Below, piece after piece: positions 1 to 7,407 of a stretch of 14,498 bases of DNA; position 1 is the stretch's first letter, and the number at the start of each line of letters is the position of its first letter. The stretch lies in the NCBI GenBank assembly GCA_963804955.1, contig CAWDSQ010000004.1:1-14498 (forward strand), read 5' to 3'. The notes under the pieces were generated by a model. The model worked only from the letters and a program-made list of their open reading frames with translations. It did no database searches and was not told the origin of the DNA. Source of the DNA: an uncultured delta proteobacterium. GTDB lineage: Bacteria; Desulfobacterota; WTBG01; CAIYCZ01; CAIRTM01. Made by a program: the position numbers and the translations under genes.

Positions 1-140
1 GCGCCGGCCATGGTATTGTGGTCTGTTATGGCAATTGCGGCGATGCCGAGGCGCCGGGCTGCTCTCTCGATTTGTTTCGGGCTCAGGCGCGCGCACAGCG
101 AGTGGCTTGTGTGAACATGCAGGTCAACCTTTATTTTCAT
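1..140 (-). CDS. PHP-domain metallophosphoesterase, N-terminal part (runs off the left edge)
   Basis: Not in the ORF track. Manual translation from ATG at 140: MKIKVDLHVHTSHSLCARLSPKQIERAARRLGIAAIAITDHNTMAG, containing the PHP motifs DLHxHT and AITDHN. Confidence 0.9.
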   Translation of the reverse strand, partial: MKIKVDLHVHTSHSLCARLSPKQIERAARRLGIAAIAITDHNTMAG

Positions 141-145
141 GCTCG

Positions 146-382
146 CTACAGCTCCTGCTGAACCCGGTCGATAAGCGCCTGCATTGAAGAGTGAAATGCC
201 GGGCACCGCGGACAGGTATCGTGCAGGTAGCTCTTCCACTGCAGCTGTTGCTCCCGGCTCATTGCTTTGAGTTCCGGCAGCCAGTCGTATTCCCAGCAGC
301 TTTTGTCATGGGTAAGCGCCGGGCAGGGAATGCCTTTTTTTGCCATGCAGGTTGGATTCAACTTGCTGCACTGATTTGCCAT
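146..382 (-). CDS. Small cysteine-rich hypothetical protein (78 aa, 6 Cys; CWE and CxxC motifs), probably metal-binding
   Basis: GGAG RBS about 6 nt before the ATG; tightly packed between co-directional neighbours (gaps of 16 and 5 nt); C5/C12/C20/C29 plus CPRC. Confidence 0.7.
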   Translation of the reverse strand: MANQCSKLNPTCMAKKGIPCPALTHDKSCWEYDWLPELKAMSREQQLQWKSYLHDTCPRCPAFHSSMQALIDRVQQEL

Positions 383-398
383 GGTCTGCTCCCGAATA

Positions 399-926
399 TT
401 ATGAAGTTTTTTTTATATGCTTCAGGTCAAAGTGATCCCGCAGACGGTTTGCCGCCGTGAGCAGATCACCGTCGCGGCCCACTGCTTTAACCAGTTGCCC
501 GGTAGACAGGTGCAGTAGCTGAGCTGCAGTGCTCAGACTCCCTCTGGAGGCAAAAAGCGCATCAAGCACGGCCGCGCACACCTGCGGATACAGCGGGTTC
601 CGGGCGTTTATCCGCACGGGTACGTCAGCAGAAAAAATTTCCCGCACGCTTTCGTGAAGCATAAAATTTACGCTTCGCACCTGCAGAGCAAGGGCCATAC
701 GGAGCCGGCCCAAAGCTTTGTTTTTATTTTCGTGCTGCGACCTGCGTTCTTCGCCCGTAACGGTCACGCCCGTGGGGAGATGCGTCAGCCGCACGGCGCT
801 ATAGGTGCGGTTGCGGTGCTGGCCGCCCGGCCCCGAAGCTATATAGGTATCCACGCGACACTGCTGCAGCAGGTGCCCGTCATCAGAGGCTAGCATGTTC
901 AAAGCCCCGCCCTCACGCACAATCAT
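399..926 (-). CDS. Peptide chain release factor-like protein (GGQ peptidyl-tRNA hydrolase domain with a C-terminal helical/HTH-like extension)
   Basis: [23 protein letters not shown]...[10 protein letters not shown] is RF-1 domain 3; codon-recognition domains are absent. Start placed at ATG 926 (AAGGA just upstream) rather than TTG 995. Confidence 0.85.
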   Translation of the reverse strand: MIVREGGALNMLASDDGHLLQQCRVDTYIASGPGGQHRNRTYSAVRLTHLPTGVTVTGEERRSQHENKNKALGRLRMALALQVRSVNFMLHESVREIFSADVPVRINARNPLYPQVCAAVLDALFASRGSLSTAAQLLHLSTGQLVKAVGRDGDLLTAANRLRDHFDLKHIKKTS

Positions 927-1000
927 TTCCTTCACGCCCGGCCCCGCTGAAAAACGCTTTAAGCCCCTGCCCGGCAGGGCAGCCAACGGCTTCAACTAAA

Positions 1001-1029
1001 AGAGTAGCTGTATTATGATGGGGTTGCAA
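1001..1029 (-). promoter_or_regulatory. Possible sigma70 promoter for the release-factor-like/Cys-rich/PHP operon
   Basis: Minus strand TTGCAA-17 nt-TACTCT, about 75 nt upstream of ATG 926. Confidence 0.35.
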
Positions 1030-1116
1030 TAAAAAATTGTCCTTTGGCCAAAATCCGGGGGGCAGCAAAACCAGGGGTCAGTATTCAGAAGCCGGCAGTA
1101 AGAAAGTATGGAAAGA

Positions 1117-1165
1117 AGTTCGGTGTTATGAGTTCGGTGTTGGGAGTGAAAAGTTCAAGGTTAAA
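1117..1165 (+). repeat. Degenerate heptamer tandem repeat
   Basis: agttcgg tgttatg agttcgg tgttggg agtgaaa agttcaa ggttaaa; includes an exact AGTTCGGTGTT repeated at 14-nt spacing. Confidence 0.6.
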
Positions 1166-1190
1166 AAAGGGAAAGTTTGAAGCGCAGGGA

Positions 1191-1204
1191 TCCGCCGTGG
1201 CGGA
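1191..1204. repeat. Short palindrome TCCGCC-GT-GGCGGA (small dispersed palindromic element or terminator-like hairpin)
   Basis: Perfect 6-bp inverted repeat followed by a T-rich tract on the + strand. Confidence 0.4.
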
Positions 1205-1283
1205 CGGATTTCTTTTTTAATGGACTGGTAGAATATCCACGGATAGATTGATGCTGAGGCGAAAATACCGGCATTGAAAAAAA

Positions 1284-1541
1284 TCATTCATCGTATGGTA
1301 AAAATTTTTCAATAATTCCGGTAGTCATACGAGAAACCCGGTGAAATATTGATGGCTGCGGGCGATATGGTTTGGGCAGCATGTCAAGTGCAATTTCAGA
1401 CTCGTCTCGGTCAAATTCAAAAGTATCAGAAAGATACTGTATAATCTGTTCTCTGTTCATGCCGCGCATGTGTAAGGCATAAATTGAATATAATATTTTT
1501 CGTGCATAAATGTCCTGATGTTCTATAAAATCATAAAACAT
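1284..1541 (-). CDS. Hypothetical protein (85 aa), AT-rich
   Basis: Only sizeable ORF in the interval; protein-like helical composition; no recognisable motif. Confidence 0.55.
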   Translation of the reverse strand: MFYDFIEHQDIYARKILYSIYALHMRGMNREQIIQYLSDTFEFDRDESEIALDMLPKPYRPQPSIFHRVSRMTTGIIEKFLPYDE

Positions 1542-1777
1542 AATTTTATACCCACTTTAAGCTAATAAAGAAGACTTGTTTAATATATTTAGTGATTATA
1601 AAAAAAATTTCAACCCTTTTTTGCAACAATCTGCAATTTTATCCGAATTATACCAGTACGCAGACTACAGTATCCGTGCAGAGCGTCAAATTGATTACTG
1701 ATTAAAGTATGATTAGCTCGGAGGTGATAGCGGTGCACGACTCAGGATCGCAGACGCTCGTGCATTAAAAACAGTGT

Positions 1778-3319
1778 TTATTTTCCCGGTCGGATGGCAG
1801 GGATATAACCGGGTTCTATCGTCTGCAGGACTTCGCTGCTGCGCAATGGCCGGGTCGCCCGTCCGGTCATGCTCAGTAGAAATGTTGCGCTGCTCGTCTG
1901 GTTGAGACCTCCATGTGAAGAGGCCATGTCGATAAAGGCTCTAAAGAGCGGATATCCGCTCATGTATCCATCATTGAGAGTTATCATCAGGTCGGACGGG
2001 CAAATGACAATGCCGTGAAAGGCATCCCATATCCGTGGGGGAGCATTGGGCCATTCATGGTCAGCCGTTGCTGCAAACCAGTCGTCTGCTGAGGCATACC
2101 CTTCCGCATCAGCTTTTCCGGCCATAGCCAGCAAAGCGTGTATCGGCTGGTAGCCCAGTACATCCCGGTCAATGACAACATAGCGTAGTTTGCCGCCTTT
2201 TTTTTCTATGGCTGCCGAGCCCCTGTTGTCACGCACGATAACCCTGTCGCCTTGCATATATAGTGCAAGCTGCATCTGAGTCTTCTGCAGCAGTACGTCG
2301 GCAACAGCCGCCGGTCGCTGCGTATGTATGCCCGCATAGGTGACCAGGCCTTCCGTGTCGATAACGATATCGGTATCCGACTGGATTTTGTCCCTCACGG
2401 TAAATCCTGCCTCGTTTAAAATATTTTTTATAGATACGAACTGCGACGGCATGAGGTTGTGGCCGTGGTCGGCCAGTATGGAAATTTTAAGGGCCCCCTG
2501 ACGCTCCCATAAAAGCTGAAGGCACAGACGCTCTATTTCGCGCAGGCAGTCATCGACGCCCTGCCTGCCATATCTGCAGACCATGGCTGCGGAACTGACA
2601 ACATACGCCAGCGTTACCCGGTCCGTGCTTTGGTCGAGGGTCTGCTTGATGCTTTCCAATTCGCGGTTGAATGTCTTGCGCGTGTTTACAAACCCCAGCC
2701 CTTCCCTCATATAGTCGGCGTTGTAGTGCAGGCAGCGCTGCCAGGCCGTCTCTCCGCCCGTGGCAGCATCCCAGAAACGATTACATATCCGATTGATGCG
2801 CTGATCGTAGAAATAATTGTTTGTTCCCGCCAGCGGAGGGGCCTGCAGTATCTGGTTGAAAATAACGGCGCTCAGCGTCGGAAAGGGCGCGATCACCTTC
2901 TGAGGTGGTGGAAACCAACTGAAATGGCCGGCAGTGTAATAATCGAGCATGCACTGATAGGGGATCGAATCCAACAGAATAATCAGATGGGGGACACTGT
3001 CTGTCTCATAGTCATTAATGCGGTATATCCGGGCATAGCGGCCGTCTTCTTTATTGGCATAGGCAAGAGCGGTCGTCCGGTTGTCAGAATCGGCCTGCAG
3101 CGCAAAGTCGGCCTTGCCATTGCCGTTGACATCATAGCGGATTTCCTGCGGCGTTCGGGAAAGCGGGGCCTCGGGAAAAAACAGGTTTTTTGAGGAGACG
3201 CACCCCAAAGTGCAGATGCATAGGATTACCGTGAGCACCTTTGAAACCAGCCGTATAAAAACAGCCTGGTCTGAACCAGCTCTTTGCTTCTTAACCAAAC
3301 CTGCAATCTCCCGTATCAT
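1778..3319 (-). CDS. Alkaline phosphatase superfamily (NPP/phosphodiesterase-like) lipoprotein
   Basis: Hydrophobic signal with lipobox-like TLGC; LIILLDSIPY (metal Asp), PFPTLS (Thr nucleophile position), ILADHGH and SSHGG motifs; Ca-binding-like loop YDVNGNGKAD. Confidence 0.75.
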   Translation of the reverse strand: MIREIAGLVKKQRAGSDQAVFIRLVSKVLTVILCICTLGCVSSKNLFFPEAPLSRTPQEIRYDVNGNGKADFALQADSDNRTTALAYANKEDGRYARIYRINDYETDSVPHLIILLDSIPYQCMLDYYTAGHFSWFPPPQKVIAPFPTLSAVIFNQILQAPPLAGTNNYFYDQRINRICNRFWDAATGGETAWQRCLHYNADYMREGLGFVNTRKTFNRELESIKQTLDQSTDRVTLAYVVSSAAMVCRYGRQGVDDCLREIERLCLQLLWERQGALKISILADHGHNLMPSQFVSIKNILNEAGFTVRDKIQSDTDIVIDTEGLVTYAGIHTQRPAAVADVLLQKTQMQLALYMQGDRVIVRDNRGSAAIEKKGGKLRYVVIDRDVLGYQPIHALLAMAGKADAEGYASADDWFAATADHEWPNAPPRIWDAFHGIVICPSDLMITLNDGYMSGYPLFRAFIDMASSHGGLNQTSSATFLLSMTGRATRPLRSSEVLQTIEPGYIPAIRPGK

Positions 3320-3348
3320 ATGGCTGTTGTATGCCAGCGGAATTCAAT

Positions 3349-3377
3349 TTGCAAGAACGATGTGTGTTTGGTACTGT
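3349..3377 (+). promoter_or_regulatory. Possible sigma70 promoter facing the lipid cluster
   Basis: TTGCAA-17 nt-TACTGT with TG extended -10, in the divergent intergenic region. Confidence 0.3.
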
Positions 3378-3557
3378 CTGTCCTTAAATCGCCTTGCGCA
3401 GAGTGGAGGGAACTTTTTTTCTATACGCGCATGCATGACAGGCCAAAGTACGGTTGATTTGTCATTCTGTGCGCAACGGTTGCCATCTTCATATTTATCT
3501 GTTCTGCGCAACTTGCTAGAAGAAGGTCTCATGAAGTCATAAAGGATTAAAAACAAC

Positions 3558-3665
3558 TGTCATTGCGAACGAAGTGAGCAATCTCTGCCGCGTCGCGGAG
3601 TTTATCCTGAGCAGTGCCGAAGGGCTCCTCGCAAGGCGTACCGATGCTTTTTACAAAGGCATCAA
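3558..3665. repeat. Composite/nested REP-like palindromic element
   Basis: GTCATTGCGA(3559)...GCAATCT...TCGCAA(3629) outer arms enclose ATCCTGAGCAGTGCCGAAGGG (3604-3624); followed by hairpin GATGCTTTT-TAC-AAAGGCATC (3643-3663). Confidence 0.6.
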
Positions 3666-3755
3666 AATTAAGTTGCACAGGACAGCTGTAAAAAGCTGAA
3701 AACAGCGTGCCCGGGGATACCCGCTTAAGAAAAATATTGAGAGAATAGAGCTCCC

Positions 3756-5108
3756 GTGACAAAACTACTACTGGTCTCTGCCAATCAGTATACCGACCCC
3801 TCACCTGTTTACCCGCTGGGCATTTCATATCTTGAAACCTATCTGAGAGAGAAAATACCCGGGCTCGAGACTCAGTTGTTTGATTTTGCGGTAAACAGCC
3901 CCGCCGATTATGCGGATTATCTGCAGACATATACTCCTGACTATGTCGGCATTTCGCTGCGCAATGTTGATGATGTGAATGTTTACCGGCAGGAAAGCTT
4001 CTTCCAGCACTACAGCGGCATCATCGACACCACGCGGCGGTGCAGCCGGAGCATTATCATTATCGGCGGGCCCGGCTATTCCATCTATCCCCGCCTGCTT
4101 TTTGAATATCTGAAGCCCGACTTTGCCATTTATGGGGAAGGCGAAGAGAGTTTTTATGAACTATTGAAGGCTCTGGAGAGCAAGGCGGACTATGCTGCTG
4201 TTGAAGGGCTGGTCTATACAGACAATAGTGCGACCCTGGTGAATGAAAAGAAGCGCTATTGCCCTGATCCGAAAGTCTGCTTTAACAAAAGGCTTCTTGA
4301 CTTTTACTGGAAGCACGGCGGCATGCTCAATATACAGACCAAACGCGGCTGCCCGTATGCGTGCATCTATTGCACCTATCCTTTAATTGAAGGTAGCACG
4401 GTCCGTACGCTCGATGCCGGCAGAGTTGCCGACACGCTGGCGGACCTTTATTTCAAAAAAAAGATCGACTATGTTTTTTTTACCGATTCGGTCTTCAATA
4501 TCAATAATGCCTACAACCTCGAGCTGGCCGAGCGCATGATCAGCAAAAAGATGGGCCTCAAATGGGGCGGCTATTTTAACTTTTCAAACCTCGATGAAAA
4601 ATTATTGCGGGTTTTTAAGAAGGCGGGCCTTGCCCACATTGAGTTCGGCACAGACGCGCTGTCTGATACCACTCTCAAGAAGTACGGTAAACATTTTACG
4701 GTTGCTGATATACTTGACGTATCCAAGACATGCAACCGGCTAAAGATCGACAGCGCCCATTTTCTTATACTGGGCGGCTACGGAGAAACTGAAGACACTC
4801 TGAATGAAACCTTTGAAAACTCAAAGAAAATAGAGCGGACCGTGTTCTTCCCTTTTGTAGGCATGCGCATGTATCCCGGTACAAAGCTTTCTGCCCTTGC
4901 ACTTCAGGAAAACAAAATCAGCAAAGACAATAGTCTGCTTCATCCCACGTACTATGTCTCGGATAAAGTGAATATTTCCCTCTTGAAAGAAAAGGCAAAA
5001 AAAACCGGCCGGCAATGGATATTCCCCGATGAGGATATGACAGGGGTGAAGCAGCGGCTGCGATCACGAGGCAAAAAGGGTCCGCTCTGGGAGTATTTGC
5101 TGCGTTAG
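3756..5108 (+). CDS. B12-binding radical SAM protein, lipid-biosynthesis type (TIGR04072-like)
   Basis: N-terminal cobalamin-binding domain (LLVSAN..P.PVYPLGISYL, VGISLRNVD, IIIGGPG); RGCPYACIYC (CxxxCxxC); FFTDSVFN, IEFGTD, GGYGET. GTG start. Confidence 0.9.
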   Translation: MTKLLLVSANQYTDPSPVYPLGISYLETYLREKIPGLETQLFDFAVNSPADYADYLQTYTPDYVGISLRNVDDVNVYRQESFFQHYSGIIDTTRRCSRSIIIIGGPGYSIYPRLLFEYLKPDFAIYGEGEESFYELLKALESKADYAAVEGLVYTDNSATLVNEKKRYCPDPKVCFNKRLLDFYWKHGGMLNIQTKRGCPYACIYCTYPLIEGSTVRTLDAGRVADTLADLYFKKKIDYVFFTDSVFNINNAYNLELAERMISKKMGLKWGGYFNFSNLDEKLLRVFKKAGLAHIEFGTDALSDTTLKKYGKHFTVADILDVSKTCNRLKIDSAHFLILGGYGETEDTLNETFENSKKIERTVFFPFVGMRMYPGTKLSALALQENKISKDNSLLHPTYYVSDKVNISLLKEKAKKTGRQWIFPDEDMTGVKQRLRSRGKKGPLWEYLLR

Positions 5109-5272
5109 CAGTTTGTTGAAAAAATTATTAACTACAGTTAACTTCAGGCTGTTCAAAAATGCTCAGATGCAAGGCGCGCGCAATTATGCGAATGAGGCGT
5201 ACTTTTTCGTACGCCGCAGTGAAGCATGATGAGCGCAACGCAGCAGATGGGCGTTTTTCAACAGCCTGCTAG
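5106..5272. mobile_element. MITE-like non-autonomous element with IS-type terminal inverted repeats
   Basis: Left end TAGCAGTTTGTTGAAAAA (5106-5123), a second left-end copy CAGGCTGTTCAAAAA (5145-5159), right end TTTTTCAACAGCCTGCTAG (5254-5272); internal hairpin GGCGTAC-N6-GTACGCC; no transposase. Confidence 0.75.
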
Positions 5273-5295
5273 GACCTCTTGCGGAGAACTTTATA

Positions 5296-5324
5296 TTGAC
5301 ACCCAAAAGCCCGGGGCCTATATT
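5296..5324 (+). promoter_or_regulatory. Sigma70 promoter for methyltransferase-U32
   Basis: TTGACA-17 nt-TATATT, about 40 nt upstream of ATG 5364. Confidence 0.7.
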
Positions 5325-5363
5325 CGCCTCATCCCAAAACGAGATTCTATCCGTCGAGACCCA

Positions 5364-6026
5364 ATGACTAAAGCAAGGGTTCCAGAGACAAAAGCTACGC
5401 TTTCAGGTCGCGTCTATGCCGAAGCCTATGACCGGATGCAGGCAAATCTCCGGGAGAAGGGATGGCTTGAGACAGAGGAGCTTCTGCTCAATGGCAGTGT
5501 GACTGGCTGTGCTCTGGAGGTCGGATCGGGACCCGGCTATCTCGGGCTGGACTTGCTGCTGCAAACGAAGGATACCCGCCTCATCGGTCTTGACATAAGC
5601 CCGGACATGGTCGCGATAGCCAGGAACCACATGCAGGAATTAGGCCTTGCCGGCCGCGCCGAATACCTTCTTGGCTCTGCTGAGGCCATTCCCTTTGAGG
5701 ACAATGCCTTTGACGCGGTATTTACCAGCCGCTCGCTGCATGAGTGGCTTAATCCATGTACGACATTCACCGAGCTTTGGCGGGTGCTCAAGCCCGGAGG
5801 AAGATTATATGTGTCCGATCTGCGCAGGGACCTGTCACGCTCGGCCTGCAACTTTCTTGAGCAAAGGGTGAATTCCGAAGAAATCAGGGAAACTCTCCGG
5901 GCCTCAATCGGCGCTGCCTATACCAGGACAGAGGTGCTGGCTGTCCTCACTATGGCAGGACTCGCCGATTGCGAGGTTGTCGAAACATCGTTCGGTTTGC
6001 GAGTGACGGGAATGAAGCCGGTTTGA
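5364..6026 (+). CDS. Class I SAM-dependent methyltransferase (UbiE/Methyltransf_11-like), 220 aa
   Basis: ALEVGSGPG (motif I), IGLDISPDM, AEAIPFEDNAFDAV, SLHEW, RVLKPGG. The ORF-track start at 5226 lies within the MITE and upstream of the promoter, so ATG 5364 is preferred. Confidence 0.9.
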   Translation: MTKARVPETKATLSGRVYAEAYDRMQANLREKGWLETEELLLNGSVTGCALEVGSGPGYLGLDLLLQTKDTRLIGLDISPDMVAIARNHMQELGLAGRAEYLLGSAEAIPFEDNAFDAVFTSRSLHEWLNPCTTFTELWRVLKPGGRLYVSDLRRDLSRSACNFLEQRVNSEEIRETLRASIGAAYTRTEVLAVLTMAGLADCEVVETSFGLRVTGMKPV

Positions 6027-6048
6027 TCCGCGCTTTTGGAGAACGGCC

Positions 6049-7242
6049 ATGAAATTGAGTGTTGCTGCTAATTGGGACATCGAACTTCTTGACGGACTCG
6101 CGCATATTCCCGAGGTGGCTTCGGTCTATGCAAAGCTGCCCTATGACCTCGTGGGTGGAGGCAGGGCTGGCTCCGTGCTGCCTTCAGTGGACCTTGCTGC
6201 TGCCGCCGCTTATATCCGGGAAGCCCATAAGCGCGGCTTGTCGTTCAGTTACCTTCTTAATGCCCCGTGTCTGGGGAATCTTGAGCAGACGCAGGAGGGC
6301 AAAGAGCGCCTGCTCGCGTTTGTCGGTCAATTAGTTGAACTCGGGGTTGACAATGTGTCGATCTCGAACTTAGCGCTTGTGTCGCTGGTTCGGCGCAACT
6401 ACCCGGACTTGAGCATCCGCGGAAGCGTGCTTAGCTGGCCCACCAATCTGCCCAGATTGAAGTATCAGGAATCCCTTGGCGTCGATCCGCTGCTCCTGCC
6501 ATACAGTGAGTTTAACCGCGACTTCCCGGCGCTTGAGCGCGTCAGCGCAAACCTCTCATGCGGCATTGTGCTTTTTGTCAACATTGCATGCATCTATCAT
6601 TGCCATTACCTGGCCGAGCACGCATGCAGCGTGGGGCATGCCTCCCAGGAGAATCAGAACGGCAAAAAAACGAACTCCCTGCTTGATTCCTACCTGTGGC
6701 AGTGTACCCGCCGGCGATTAGTACAGCCGGAGCTCTTCCTCTCAAGCCGCTGGATCCGTCCGGAGGATTTACACCGGTACGAGGCCCTGGGATTCGAGGA
6801 GTTTAAGATCATTGATCGATCGCGCTCCACGGCATGGCTTTTGCGTGCCACAAAGGCCTATGCTTCCCGGCATTATGACGGAAACCTGCTTGATATTCTC
6901 TCCATCGAGATGCTGGGAGATCCTAACGGCTTTCACCCAAGTATCGAGGAGCAGAGCCGAAAAAGCCTGTTCCAGCTCGACAGGGAAGAGCGGCGCCTGC
7001 AGCTTCGAATGTTCAGGTTGCGGCAGCGCCTGCTGGCTCTTAACGTCACCATCGACAACGGACTGCTTTCGGATTTTTTAGAGGGTTTCGGGAAAATCCG
7101 GTGCGAGGAGACCTTCTGCGATGACTGCCGCTACTGCCATCGCTACGCCGAGCGCGCTGTGCGCTTCGATCGCGACGAAGCGGCGCGCCTCGTGGCTGAA
7201 ATCGACGAGCTCGTCGACGATTTCATGACAGCAAAGATGTAA
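6049..7242 (+). CDS. Peptidase U32 family protein (Fe-S, putative O2-independent hydroxylase)
   Basis: YIREAHKRGLSFSYLLNAPC, FNRDF, ACIYHC...C, WIRPEDL..YE..G...FKIIDR; extra C-terminal CEETFCDDCRYC; GGAGA RBS. Confidence 0.85.
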   Translation: MKLSVAANWDIELLDGLAHIPEVASVYAKLPYDLVGGGRAGSVLPSVDLAAAAAYIREAHKRGLSFSYLLNAPCLGNLEQTQEGKERLLAFVGQLVELGVDNVSISNLALVSLVRRNYPDLSIRGSVLSWPTNLPRLKYQESLGVDPLLLPYSEFNRDFPALERVSANLSCGIVLFVNIACIYHCHYLAEHACSVGHASQENQNGKKTNSLLDSYLWQCTRRRLVQPELFLSSRWIRPEDLHRYEALGFEEFKIIDRSRSTAWLLRATKAYASRHYDGNLLDILSIEMLGDPNGFHPSIEEQSRKSLFQLDREERRLQLRMFRLRQRLLALNVTIDNGLLSDFLEGFGKIRCEETFCDDCRYCHRYAERAVRFDRDEAARLVAEIDELVDDFMTAKM

Positions 7243-7336
7243 CCCCCGGCTCTCCTGTTGTATCTTTTCTAATTTTTTTAGTGCATGTTCATAACGCACC
7301 GTCTGCCGCAGCCTCATGAAGGAAGACGCTGCCGTG

Positions 7337-7365
7337 TTGACAGTGGGGGGCTTTTTGTCTATAGT
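7337..7365 (+). promoter_or_regulatory. Sigma70 promoter for membrane protein-ACP1-KS/CLF-deacetylase
   Basis: TTGACA-17 nt-TATAGT, about 43 nt upstream of ATG 7408. Confidence 0.7.
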
Positions 7366-7407
7366 GTGGCGACAATCGCAAATTATACATGCAGGGCGCT
7401 TGAAAGC

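Noticed and set aside
146..382. Cys-rich 78-aa ORF as a ranthipeptide/sactipeptide precursor for the radical SAMs
   Set aside because: It is 3.4-12 kb away on the opposite strand in another operon, and CWE/CxxC looks like a folded metal-binding domain.
1117..1165. CRISPR array
   Set aside because: Repeats are 7-14 nt with no unique spacers, and no cas genes are present.
3380..3755. Cobalamin riboswitch upstream of the B12-binding radical SAM
   Set aside because: I could not find the conserved B12-box elements; the structure present is explained by REP-like repeats. An Rfam scan would settle it.
3547..3930. 127-aa minus-strand ORF and the other antisense/alternate-frame ORFs (e.g. 2630-3193, 7078-7617, 8358-8951, 10787-11245)
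   Set aside because: Shadows of well-supported genes or of repeat elements, with no motifs.
5226..5363. N-terminal extension of the methyltransferase in the ORF track
   Set aside because: It is translated MITE and promoter sequence; the protein-like sequence begins at ATG 5364.
7285..7407. N-terminal extension of the membrane protein (likewise 7754-7822 for ACP1 and 10124-10246 for the deacetylase)
   Set aside because: These overlap a promoter or the upstream gene; downstream starts fit domain boundaries and coupling better.
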